A stretch of 62,410 nt of DNA, counting the filler, from Stramenopiles sp. TOSAG23-2 (taxonomy: Eukaryota): assembly GCA_900128395.1 (NCBI GenBank). It is 6 parts of 6 records of this genome, joined end to end, with 100 filler letters (N's around TTAATTAATTAA, not from the genome) between each part and the next. Parts side by side here need not be neighbours in the genome. Positions count along the whole stretch, not along the records: positions 10,426 to 20,747 come from LT650029.1; positions 20,848 to 31,168 come from LT650030.1; 4 more parts are not named here. One strand, given 5' to 3'. A model generated the notes under the pieces. It saw only the letters and a program-made list of their open reading frames with translations, did no database searches and had not been told where the DNA came from. The translations under genes were made by a program, and so were the position numbers. Below are positions 11,343 through 22,825 of this stretch, in pieces; within the stretch, counting starts at the first letter, position 1, and each line of letters begins with the position of its first letter.

Positions 11343-13130
11343 ATGACGTCGGCTTTGAATCGAAGATTGTATCTGTACAAAAACTTTATACGACTCTCAT
11401 CACTTTCTTCTTTTCCACTCTCCGTCGAATCTTCTTTGCTGGTTTGCACCTTTTTTAAATGAGTTGAAAAATTATAAAGATATATGTAATATGTATGCCC
11501 ATGTAGCTTTCCACCGTTTGTTTATTCCATATATTAGAAGACTACCACCAGTGATACAATAAGATCAGAATTAATAATGCAAGTCCATCCAATCCAATCC
11601 CATGTTGGATTGACGGGAAAAGAATTTATTGGATTATCTTCACCACGTACAATTACAATAATAAATAATAAATTAAAAGTAACAAATGTTCATGTAGTAG
11701 AACTGGGAGAAAGTTCAAAAACATCATATGCGTGTTTAACAAATACCATATTAAGAAGTTTAAAACTAACGTCTGCTCCTTTAATGTTGCCACCACAATA
11801 TATAACTACATCGTTTTCAACACCTATTTCATGTATTTTATTAAATGAAGAGACAAAGGAAACCATGGAACTTAAAAATTCTACCTTTCGCTTACAACGC
11901 CATATTACAATGGAATTAAATATTGCTAAAAAGAAAAATTTGAAACAGAAACAATTAGTTGCTTTTAAAATTTCATCTCCACGAAATACCACAACTTATT
12001 GCGATATTGTTGTGCTTCCTCAAAAACGTAATGATGATGACGGTGATACAACCATACATGTATATATGGATACAGATGAAGTCAATAGTTCTATGTATAA
12101 AGATGCTTTATCATATGATTTATATATTCAAAGTGAAGTTCAACATGATAATTTATTAATGAATTTTACTCCAATAATGCATGTTGATACGATAATCGAT
12201 GATGGAAGAAAAAATGTATGGGATATTGAACAACAACCTAGGCCAAATAAACAATTATATCCAATTGCAAATGAAACTGATATTGTTGAAAATATTCATT
12301 TTCAAAATCCATCATCAGATATTAATGTAAAAGATGCGGAGTTGACAATTGATACAAGTAATAGACATTTACATCTATCACCAGAAGATTTATCAATATT
12401 GTTTCCAGGGAAAAAACTTCGTTTAAAAAAAGCAGTTGCATATATTCCTGAATTCATTGCAAAATATACTGGATTTGCAGCAAAAGAAACAGTGACTATT
12501 CGAAATGTTGAAACTGGAGATGAGATAAGACATTTAAGAGTGTTAGGTCCAGTACGTAAACGTACTCAAATTGAACTTGCATATACAGATTGTTTAAATC
12601 TTGGCGTTGAAGCACCTGCACGTATCTCAGGTGATAATGTCAATTCAGGTGCAAAATGTATATTAATAGCTGAGGATGATGATGGTAATTTAACAAACAA
12701 CCAAGTAGAATTGAAATCTGGTATTGTCCGTGCATGGCGACATTTACATATATATGAAGATCCAATTGCAGAACGATTAGGCGTTGTTTCAGGTGATTTA
12801 TTAACAGTTGGTATAAAATCACCAAAAAATACAACAATTTTTCATGATGTGTTAGTTCGAGTTGGAAACGATCCAGATGGTGTTCCTGGCTCTGGATTTG
12901 TTTCGAGTATAATTTCTTATTTAAAACCAACATTATTGGCATATGGTTATCCAGCATTACGTTTTGTTAGAGGTACTGGCGATGCAATGTATATACATTT
13001 AGATACAGATGAAGCAAATGCTGCATGTATAGGGAATGCAACTAATTATACGTTATATCAACAAATTGGAAAAGAAAAATTACGATTGATTGGTACTACA
13101 CGATTGGAAACTAAAGAATCGAAAATGTAG
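11343..13130 (+). CDS. pduL: PduL/PTAC-family phosphate acyltransferase with degenerate N-terminal duplicate. Predicted exons 11343-11441 and 11538-13130.
   Basis: SNRHLHLS, FAAKETV, RVLGPVRKRTQIEL, RISGD, AWRHLHI, FHDVLVRV and HLDTDEANAA match PduL. The 517-aa ORF (11577-13130) is open upstream to a TAG acceptor at 11535-11537; phase-0 donor CTG|GTTTGC at 11442. Exon 1 is less certain than the domain call. Confidence 0.85.
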
Positions 13131-13457
13131 TGGTCTTATGAGGAAAGTGTATTTCTATTATTGTTTTTTATTTTTTATTCCAGTTTGTTTTTTATAATTC
13201 TTCAGTATACTATCAAGTATACATTCCTTTATAAATTATTGCCACATCTTTGCACCAGTGAGAAAAAATAAAAACGTTGGCGTTGAACGGAATGTTGCGA
13301 AATAAATATGAGAATACGAAGTATATATTAATAGTATTATACTATAATGTTTATATATAATAAGAAGAGAGAGGATCAAAAAACAACATTATTCTCACTT
13401 TTACATCTGCATTTTTTGTCGTATGAATATATATATATTTAAAAATAAGAAAGAGAT

Positions 13458-14330
13458 ATGGGATTAAATGAATTGAAAATATTTATTGAAACATTATTTA
13501 ATAATAATATTAATAATAATAATAAAATTAATGATAAATACTATAAACCAAATCAAGATTTATTACCATTAATAATCAATGGTACATTACCAGCTATCAA
13601 TGAAATATGTGATTGCAGTATGACTACATTTCAAAAAGATATTATGTATAACAATATAGCGAAACGTTGTACATTTTTAAAACTTAATAAAGGTGATAAA
13701 ATTATACATAATATTGATATGACAGACGAAAATACAACGACTGATAATGATGATTTACTATTAATCTTATCAGGATCATTTAAATTAATCAATTATAAAT
13801 ACTACAATAAAAGAGAAGAAAAATACATGAATCACAATGATTGTAGCGTGGATCAAATTATTACATTTAATCAAGGAGATTATATCAGTAAACCAGAAAC
13901 AGAAAATTTATTGCGTTATTTACCACAAGAGGAAAAGAAAGAAGAAGAAGAAATTGATTGGGGAAATTACACTTTTGATGATGAAAATGATAAGGATAAA
14001 CAAGTTGAAGAAATTTTATTACCAACTTTTCAAGTAATATCAAATGATGCAATTATAATGAAAATTCCTCGTCCAATTTTACGTTGTGGAAATTTAAATG
14101 TTGCCATATTTCATTCAAAATTATTACCAGAATTAATTGATATGAAAAAGAAGATGGAGCAAATGTATCAAAATAAAAATGATAATAATAACAATATTAA
14201 TTATAAAAACATGGATGATTTATTATATTTTGTCATTCCTGCAATACATGGAATATTGAGTAAGTTTTTATTAAATATATTTCCAACGATGACTTTGTAC
14301 TACTATCTGTTTCTCTTAATAAATCGATAA
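13458..14330 (+). CDS. Hypothetical protein with possible degenerate cyclic-nucleotide-binding-like domain; 3' end probably missing
   Basis: 290-aa ORF; FLKLNKGDKII...LLLILSGSFKL; GTAAGT donor-like site at 14260. Confidence 0.5.
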   Translation: MGLNELKIFIETLFNNNINNNNKINDKYYKPNQDLLPLIINGTLPAINEICDCSMTTFQKDIMYNNIAKRCTFLKLNKGDKIIHNIDMTDENTTTDNDDLLLILSGSFKLINYKYYNKREEKYMNHNDCSVDQIITFNQGDYISKPETENLLRYLPQEEKKEEEEIDWGNYTFDDENDKDKQVEEILLPTFQVISNDAIIMKIPRPILRCGNLNVAIFHSKLLPELIDMKKKMEQMYQNKNDNNNNINYKNMDDLLYFVIPAIHGILSKFLLNIFPTMTLYYYLFLLINR

Positions 14331-14492
14331 TTCTTGGTTCCTCAGCAGTTGGATCAAACACTGGCTTTTGTTGTCTTTTTCTTATTTGATATAATTCATC
14401 TTTCACTTTTTTATAGCCAGCTTTTAACTCTTCCGTTACCTCTTCATCTGAGAAATTATATTCATCATCTGATCCTGTATCCGTAGATGACA

Positions 14493-14493
<1 letters not shown>
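14233..14493 (-). CDS. N-terminal fragment of a hypothetical protein, convergently overlapping the previous ORF
   Basis: Acidic N-terminus MSSTDTGSDDEYNFSDEE after an (AT)n leader like other genes; sequence looks non-coding beyond ~14280. Confidence 0.45.
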
Positions 14494-14525
<32 letters not shown>

Positions 14526-15083
14526 TATATCTCTCTCGTTAGTTATTCAAATATATATAAAAGAGTTTATAATGTTCTCTACTGTTTAAATAGATATTGA
14601 ATCTACTTCTCTTTCTATATATTAACAATTCGTATTGATATAATAGAATATATAATTATTATTCAATCGGATTATAGTTAGAATATAATAGTATTATAAA
14701 TATTATATTTGAAACGTGCAAAAATCAATCATCAAAAATGTGCACTAAAATGTGTGTACGGAATGTATAATTATCTGAGCTCCCAGAGATGCTACTTGTA
14801 TTATTATAGTGCTATACCAGGTATATTATAAGGTCATTGGTTATTTATTTTTGTTGATACCAGATAAGTATATGGTTGCATAGTCTAGCTATGCGTTGCC
14901 TATATCTAGATAGGGATCAAACAAAAGCCAAACCAAACTAAAACTGAATTGCACAATTGTTATTATTTACATTATGATATGTAATAGTATATATAGATAT
15001 AACAGACTATATATATATTTCAACATTGTATGTATGTAAAGATATATATACATAGATAGATAGATAGATAGAGATATTGTATT

Positions 15084-15326
15084 ATGTTTTTGTCGAAAGT
15101 AATACTATGTGTTACCTTGTTGTTGAATGGATTGAGTTTGATACGATTAGAAAATAATAACAATGCAATAAATAATAATAATAATCCAATTGTTAAATAT
15201 ATACAACAAAATATATCAATAGACATAAAGAATAAACTACGTACTTTAAAAGCTTTTCATAATATAATATTGGTATTGAATGTCGCTGTCGTCTTTTTGA
15301 TTCTGATCGGTTATATAGTGATATAA
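15084..15326 (+). CDS. Small membrane or secreted protein (tentative)
   Basis: 80 aa with N-terminal and C-terminal hydrophobic segments and an Asn run typical of host proteins. Confidence 0.3.
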   Translation: MFLSKVILCVTLLLNGLSLIRLENNNNAINNNNNPIVKYIQQNISIDIKNKLRTLKAFHNIILVLNVAVVFLILIGYIVI

Positions 15327-15929
15327 TATAAATTTACGTTTTATATTTATATATATATATATATATATATATACTTTGTGTAATTTAGCGTATGATATTT
15401 TTCATGTTCACATATCTTACATTTTCAATCATAATAGATTTAAGAAATAAATACTCGTAAGAACAATGTTGGAGAAACAGAATACGTGCACGTACATTTC
15501 ATAAAGAATTGCACACATATCTGCATAAAAATTTTTAAACTGTGTATATAATATATATTTTATATATATATTATATGGTCTACTCGTAATTTATAATATT
15601 TTTACCTTTTTGTACGCGAAACAATTTTAATATTTTATAAATATATACGGTCTCTCGTATATATATTTTTTTACAATACACACACACGATTACAAAATCA
15701 TATTTTATTTCAAAAATTATTTTTCTTCTCTGCTATAAATGAAATAAATGATAATGATAACTTTATAAAATATATTTAATTGAAAACCGCACTGTATCTC
15801 ATATATTATACGACACGTATAATATATATACGTATGATACGTTCTTTACAAAATGTCACATTCTTCGTTATTTCACTCCACATATACGAGAGTATATATT
15901 ATATATATGTGTGTATGTAAAAAAAATCT

Positions 15930-16835
15930 CTAATCTTTAATAAATACTTTTGGCCTACTAAATATATTGATAGCATCTTCTATCTCTTGAATTTTACGTT
16001 CCAAATTTGCTTTTTTTCTGATAGCACTTGGTGTTTCCACTAACAACGGCATACGTTGTAAATGATCTTTTGTAGCTGCTAAATTGTCTTTTAATATTTT
16101 TAATGTATCAAGTCTTTCCTCCTCTGGCATTAAACTCATACCTGCAGGTGCTTTTTTATTTTCCTCTGCACGTCTTTTTCTTGCTGCATCCTCTGCCATT
16201 TCAGCTTTACGCTCCTGTAAATACAATGGTACTTTACCATAGTTATCACCACTTTTTTGTATGCCAGCATTTGCATCTTCATTATCTTTTTTCTTTGGTG
16301 GAGATGAGGTAACAGCTTCACGTCGATTTTCTGCTATAAAATTTTTTTCTTGTCTTGCTGGCATAGTAATAACTTCACCACGTTTTGGAACAGCTGGTTT
16401 CCGTGTTTCTCGGTTGTTACTACTTTTGACTGGAGAATGACGAGTGTTTTCACGTGCTTTTGCAATTCTTTGCTCGCGAATACGTTTGTTTTTTTCTGCT
16501 AGTTTTGCTTTCTGTTCTTTACGTTCCGTTCTCATACGAGCTGTTTCTTTTGCAATTTCAGATGCTTTCTTTGAATCATTTTGTGCTACACGTGGTTTCA
16601 CATCTTGAAAACGTTTCATTTTGAATTTTCTTGGCTTCGCATCTGCTTTTTGTTGCCTTCGTTCTCTGTTCTCTTGCTGTTTCTCACGCAAAATTCTTAT
16701 ATTTTCCCGTGCATGGTTTCTAGGCTCAATACCTCTTCTACGTTGTACATCTCGTATACCACGTACTGGGTTCATTAAATCACCAACTGCTGAACCTTTT
16801 TTATTATATTTCCTTGCTATCCTTGATGCGTCCAT
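15930..16835 (-). CDS. ENKD1: Enkurin domain-containing protein (ciliary/centriolar)
   Basis: NHARENIRILRE; YGKVPLYLQERK; MPEEERLDTL; IEDAINIFSRPKVFI. Confidence 0.85.
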   Translation of the reverse strand: MDASRIARKYNKKGSAVGDLMNPVRGIRDVQRRRGIEPRNHARENIRILREKQQENRERRQQKADAKPRKFKMKRFQDVKPRVAQNDSKKASEIAKETARMRTERKEQKAKLAEKNKRIREQRIAKARENTRHSPVKSSNNRETRKPAVPKRGEVITMPARQEKNFIAENRREAVTSSPPKKKDNEDANAGIQKSGDNYGKVPLYLQERKAEMAEDAARKRRAEENKKAPAGMSLMPEEERLDTLKILKDNLAATKDHLQRMPLLVETPSAIRKKANLERKIQEIEDAINIFSRPKVFIKD

Positions 16836-17432
16836 AATTATATACGTTTCGTTTCGTTATATATTATTAATTCTTCTCAATATAGAATATATATATATTG
16901 TTGCTTATATAATATTTTATGTATGTATGTATGTAATATCGTATTTCTTATTTTGAAAATGCCTTTTATAAATGTATAATATTTTCAAAAATCATCAAAA
17001 AAGAAGAAATAAGTTAACTGCCAATGCCATCAATTTGAGGAGGCAGTGCTATTCAAATGCTATTATAATATAAGGTAAATTATGTGCGATGAACTATTAA
17101 TATAAATACTTAATACTGGCACTTTAATAATTTCCTTTTTCATAGTACCAAGTATAGCCATAAGTACCTATATATCCTGCACCTATCGTATAGGAGGATA
17201 ATATATATCGATCTTTTAATAAAATATCTGAAATTATATATGTAAGTAGAAAGTAATGTGTGAACGACTTCCTTTGAAAAAAGGAAACTGTTGCAAGTCA
17301 AGTGAGTGTAAAAAATTAAGATTTTCTAATTTTTTATACATAATAGTACTATATATATATATATGTATGTATGTAGACATATGCAGTGCAGCTTTGTAAA
17401 GAGAAATCTTTTAAAAAAATTTTAAAATAAAA

Positions 17433-18764
17433 ATGAAACATGTAACATTATTGATATTATATTTTATTGTAGTCATTATTATTACTATTACCAACCATGT
17501 AACAAATGCAACAAAATATAATTTTACTGCATTGGGTGGAATACCGGAAGATATGTCAGAAGATACTGCTATTAAAAATGGAGAATTATTTAATGAAACA
17601 TTAGCAACCATGTTAAAAGAAAATGATACGTTGTTTTTTCCAAACGTTACTTTTTATATGATGGGAGGTATTGTAGCACATGATTTGAATAAAGTAACAA
17701 TTTCATTTGATGGTACAATAATATTTTCTAAAGACCAAAAAAAGTGGCCACGTACTGGAAATGGGAAAAAAGCTCAAGTATTGGAATGTCTACATTTTTA
17801 CAATTGTAATAATATGGTTTTTACATCTTCTGGAAAAGGCTTAATTGATGGTCAAGGAGCTGGATGGTGGGGTATACCCGGTATAGGATATTTAGAACTT
17901 GGTGAAAATAGACCACGTTTATTTAATATGGAAAATGGTCAACATAACTTAGTTGAAAACATAATTTTAAAAAATAGCCCATACTGGACCTTCTGGGCAC
18001 ATGGCGTTTCGTATTTGGAAGTACGAAACGTTGATATCAGTGCAAGAAGAACTGATCATGATGGTCATGATATTATCGATTTAAGTGCATTTAATACGGA
18101 TGGTTTTGATGTTGCTGGAGATTATGTTTGGATACATGATTGTACTGTTTGGAATCAAGATGATTGTGTATGTGCAAAAGATGGATCAACGAATATGTTA
18201 TTTGAAAGAATAAATGCGAGCGGGGTTGGCTTAACTATTGGTAGTATTGGTTCATCCACCAATAGAAATATCACATTTCGAGACATCTATATGCATAATA
18301 CGTATAAAGGTATTTATATGAAATTTCGAGATTTAAACCATGGGGGTATTGTTGAAGATATATTGTATGAAAATATTGTCATTGATAATCCAGAGCAATG
18401 GCCTATATGGATAGGTCCAGCTCAACAAAGTGATAGTGATAATTTATGTGCCGCGCATCCATGTTCAATTTGCTGGCCCAAGTTACCAGAAAAAGTCGCA
18501 CCATGCTACAGTGCAAGTGGAAGATATATCAATATAACATTACGAAATATTACGGTAAACAATCCTCAAATGCATCCAGGTGTTATTTTTGGTAATTTAA
18601 CTACACCAATGGAAAATCTTGTATTTGATAATGTAAAATTTAACAATCCAAAGAAAGGTGAAGAGCAATATTATGTGTGTAAAAATGTGGGAAATGCAAT
18701 TGCTATGGGTGATACAAATCCTGTACCAACATGTTTCAAAGATATGACGATAACAACACGATAA
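17433..18764 (+). CDS. Secreted glycoside hydrolase family 28 (polygalacturonase-like)
   Basis: Signal peptide; IDGQGAGWW, NRPRL, NSPYW, NTDGFD, QDDC, LTIGS. Confidence 0.88.
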   Translation: MKHVTLLILYFIVVIIITITNHVTNATKYNFTALGGIPEDMSEDTAIKNGELFNETLATMLKENDTLFFPNVTFYMMGGIVAHDLNKVTISFDGTIIFSKDQKKWPRTGNGKKAQVLECLHFYNCNNMVFTSSGKGLIDGQGAGWWGIPGIGYLELGENRPRLFNMENGQHNLVENIILKNSPYWTFWAHGVSYLEVRNVDISARRTDHDGHDIIDLSAFNTDGFDVAGDYVWIHDCTVWNQDDCVCAKDGSTNMLFERINASGVGLTIGSIGSSTNRNITFRDIYMHNTYKGIYMKFRDLNHGGIVEDILYENIVIDNPEQWPIWIGPAQQSDSDNLCAAHPCSICWPKLPEKVAPCYSASGRYINITLRNITVNNPQMHPGVIFGNLTTPMENLVFDNVKFNNPKKGEEQYYVCKNVGNAIAMGDTNPVPTCFKDMTITTR

Positions 18765-19094
18765 CAATGGCTCCAGTCACTGTAATTCTTTTTGAAAGTG
18801 TTAGGAATTGATGCAATTGTCCAAGAGAAATGTATACGAAGCGTATGAGTAAAAGACAGAAAATTAAAACATGTGCGCATACATATGATATATCATATTA
18901 TTTTTATTTTTTTATTATTTTTTTTTAAAATATTACGAAGAGCGTTTAAAATATTGGGAGAATTGTTTATGTTATGGCAAATTTTTGACACCCTGAAGGT
19001 GGTGTATTTTTAAGGGATTTCGTCTAACATTTTTGTGTTATTTATGGTTTTATGCTATCAATTATTTTTTCAGATCTAATAAAGTACGGACTTT

Positions 19095-19276
19095 CACCCC
19101 ATTGTGTCTATGCTAGGACTTTTTTTTGCGAAAATTGCTCGTTGATAAATCAACACCCCATTGTGTCTATGCTAGGACTTTTTTTTGCGCACCTGCTCGT
19201 TGATAAATATTATATGATGTTTAAAATCTACGAAAATAAGTTATAATAATTTTACACTTCCCGTGTTAAGTAATAT
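19095..19276. repeat. Two ~56-bp tandem units (period 59) followed by the dispersed repeat shared with 10087-10125
   Basis: CACCCCATTGTGTCTATGCTAGGACT(T)nGCG...TGCTCGTTGATAAAT at 19095 and 19154. Confidence 0.8.
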
Positions 19277-19435
19277 GTGCTCAATACTCAATCGCAAGAA
19301 GAATATTCTATCCTACACTATAGTAAAGCTCTAATGCACCTCTGCAAACTAATACTCATTTTAATATAAATATAAATATGCATTATATTAAAATATAAAA
19401 AAATATAAAATATGATATATATGCAAACAAATTTT

Positions 19436-20470
19436 TCATTCATTGTGTTTTTTATCTTTTTTTTTTTTTTTGTACTTTCTTTTCTTTTTCTTTTTTCTAT
19501 TTTTTATATTATCATCATTTATTCTTCTTTTTTTCGTTTTCATATTACTATTATCATTGCTTATGTTATTGATCATATTATTTCTTGTTGTTTTTGTTGT
19601 TGTATTTACTAATTTATAAAACCAACCAAAAATTGTTATGCGATGACGATCAGTTTTCATTAAATCTACTTCATGTAATCTGGGAACATTAAATGCTACT
19701 AAGCTATTAAATTGAGGTGTATGTGTTTCACCACCAACTGTAAGATCAACAAAATTTCCACCTAATTCATAATGCCAATCTTTTGTTAAATAATAAATAA
19801 CTGCAATATCACGTTCATATCGTCTTGATATACCTTGATCATCAACAATATCTTTAAATGCAATATCATCATGTGGTTCAATAAAACAACCACGTGTGTA
19901 TTTAGCAGCTTGAAAAATACCAATACGATTTGATGGCAATAAATTCTTCATACAATTACATAATGCTTCAATAACAAGTGGTACCATTGTATTTGTATGG
20001 TCCTCTTTTGAACTTCGCCATGCAAATGGTGATTTATTTACAACTTGACCATCTCCTACCTCATATCGATGTGCTGTACTTCCAGCTCCATCTTTATATT
20101 TATTGCTACCACCACTGCCTTTATCGGTTTTAGGTATTGCTAATTGCCATTGTTTATCACTTGCATTTTTAATTGATTGTAAGGCACCTACTGCTATATT
20201 ATTTGGTAATACATCATTAATTTTTACAATTTTATTTGATCTTTTCTTCTTTGGATTAAACGAGTTTCTAAATTTATTTATCACATGTTGATTGAAAGTT
20301 TGCGTTTTATTTCTCTCATCTGTTGTCTTTTTAATAAAGTTATTAATTGCTTCATTGCATTTTAACAATTCTTTTTTACTTAATTTTTTCTCAATAGTAG
20401 ATGATGGTGGTGCTTCACCTGCTGCGTTTAAAAATAAACTTGCCCATGGATCATCCTCATTGTTGGACAT
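19436..20470 (-). CDS. 2OG-Fe(II) oxygenase, prolyl-hydroxylase-like (OGFOD1/Tpa1-type catalytic domain)
   Basis: IEPHDD (HxD), IAVIYYLTKDW...GG, PQFNSLVAF...LHEV, RITIFGWF; basic C-terminal tail. Confidence 0.8.
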   Translation of the reverse strand: MSNNEDDPWASLFLNAAGEAPPSSTIEKKLSKKELLKCNEAINNFIKKTTDERNKTQTFNQHVINKFRNSFNPKKKRSNKIVKINDVLPNNIAVGALQSIKNASDKQWQLAIPKTDKGSGGSNKYKDGAGSTAHRYEVGDGQVVNKSPFAWRSSKEDHTNTMVPLVIEALCNCMKNLLPSNRIGIFQAAKYTRGCFIEPHDDIAFKDIVDDQGISRRYERDIAVIYYLTKDWHYELGGNFVDLTVGGETHTPQFNSLVAFNVPRLHEVDLMKTDRHRITIFGWFYKLVNTTTKTTRNNMINNISNDNSNMKTKKRRINDDNIKNRKKKKKRKYKKKKKDKKHNE

Positions 20471-20747
20471 TGTTCAATGTATAAAAGTGTCAATGTAAGT
20501 GGCAGATGTATAATTATTTTGTTTCCTCCTGACTGATTATTTTTCTGTAACAATATATATATATATATGTATATACATATTATAGATGATACCATGTGCA
20601 TCATATATATTATTCAGGATTTGTATTATTATACAGTAGATGCACGTGATGTTGCAAAAGCTGAAGAAATAATATTACTCCGGCACCTTCACTCTGTGTC
20701 AACTGTCAGGCTGCCAATGTTATCACAATGCTAAATTTAACATATAT

Positions 20748-20847
20748 NNNNNNNNNNNNNNNNNNNNNNNNNNNNNNNNNNNNNNNNNNNNTTAATTAAT
20801 TAANNNNNNNNNNNNNNNNNNNNNNNNNNNNNNNNNNNNNNNNNNNN
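20748..20847. other. Artificial contig linker
   Basis: 44N-TTAATTAATTAA-44N. Confidence 0.99.
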
Positions 20848-21982
20848 GCAACCAGGTGAGGAGGGCTATGGTAGCACATCTCTTTACATGGCATTTGGAG
20901 GTACTAATTTTGGATATTGGTCAGGGGCAAATGGAAATGGCGGTTCTGGTAGTATGTCCTCGTACAGATCGGTAACGACGTCCTATGATTATAATGCCCC
21001 AATATCAGAAGGAGACGGACATGGTGTTGGTTTGAATGGAGAGGATAAATATTTAGGCATTCAAACAATATTGAAAAAATATGCGGAAAAGTTGCCATTG
21101 CCACCAGAACCATCTCCTAGAATGATAAGAACATACGATTCGATAATGTTTAAAAAACAAGCTAAGTTGTTTTCATATAATGATGCGTTATCATCAATCA
21201 TTGAAATTTTAAATGATCTAGTACCGATGGAATTGTTAGCATGTTACTATGGTTTTATATTGTATTCTACCACTTTTCTTGGGTGCAATACCACAAGTGC
21301 TATAAGTTTATCAATACCAGGTGTACAAGATCGTGGTTTAATTTTTATCGATGGTAATTACATTGGCCAAATTTCCAGACAAAGTCAAGAATTATCAAGT
21401 TTGAAAATTGAAGATTCGATACTGAAGAATGGTTCTAAATTTTCAATACTAGTTGTTAATGAGGGTAGAATAGGATATTCACGTGCTATGATTCATGAAC
21501 AAAAAGGTATTATTGATAATAAAATTTTGTTGAATAATGGTACTGTGCCATTTAATACAGATGGAAAATGGAAAACACAATGTATACCATTGTTAAATTC
21601 AAGCAAGTTTATAAATGAAATCATATGGGATGATGTGATCACTACTACTACTACTACTACTACTATTACCAATGGTAGTAACAACAATAATGTTAGTGTT
21701 AATGGACCAATGTTTTTTCATAGTACATTTATTTCTAATGAAGCAGATGATACTTTTCTAAATATGGAAGGATGGAAAAAGGGCCAAGCGTGGGTAAATG
21801 GAAATTTACTTGGTAGATATTGGTCACAGAAAGGTCCACAGCAAACATTATATGTACCCGCTGCATTTTTAAATGTTGGAGAGAACAATGTGACTATTTT
21901 AGAATTATTTCATGATGACTCTTGTTGCAATCAACATATGGTAACTTTTTCGAATACAGCAATTTATAAAGAGGTTGTTTAG
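20848..21982 (+). CDS. Beta-galactosidase GH35, C-terminal part (5'-truncated)
   Basis: YMAFGGTNFG, TTSYDYNAPISE, LVVNEGRIGY, GWKKGQAWVNGNLLGRYW, GPQQTLYVP. Confidence 0.9.
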
Positions 21983-22825
21983 TGCTTTAGTTGATTGTAA
22001 AAAAATTAAAATGAAAGAGGTGCGTATATATTTAAAATAAAAAAAAAACTCGTAAAAAAAAGGAGGAGTATGCATACTACCATGGCATTGTACTATAATT
22101 AATTGTTGTGAAAGTACTACGCGTAATATTAATTAATTACATACGAGTATAATCTACTATCATATATATGTAGATATCATATATTATACATATTACTAAT
22201 ACTTTATATTGTACTCGTACTTTAATTAAATTAATATATTCTTAAAATACAGTACAGTGTAGCTTATTAATCCACTTATGGTATAGCTATATGCCAAGTA
22301 TGAATGTACTGTGCTACTGTATGAATATTGTAAACACCACTAATACCGGTACAGTAAATTAATACTGTGTACTGTGTACTGTAATAAGTATTATAGCACA
22401 GTACCACCCGTGGTAGTCTCTAGACTACGTCTCTACAACAGTATTATAGCATTATGGACTGATGTAAAATGTGCATTACCACACAGGTATATTCTAAATA
22501 TATTATGAGCATGATTATGATGATGATGGATTATGTATTACATTTTATGAATTGAATATATAATCATATTAATTACTATTACCAATATATATGAAATTAA
22601 TGTTTCATATCTAATACATTTATATATATATATATATATTCAATTTAAGATTATTTGAAACAACCAAGAGACTTATATTTGTAAAACGATCGAAAAATAC
22701 AAAAGGTAATATAATAATATATCATATATATATATACATATTATATGCTTTTAAAATAATACATCGTTCTTGTCTCAACTCAAATACTCTTTGTTGTATA
22801 TATATGTACATCATCCTACAACAGC

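Noticed and set aside
11577-13130. Bacterial microcompartment operon or bacterial contaminant contig
   Set aside because: No shell, aldehyde dehydrogenase or kinase genes nearby; composition is host-like and neighbours are eukaryotic.
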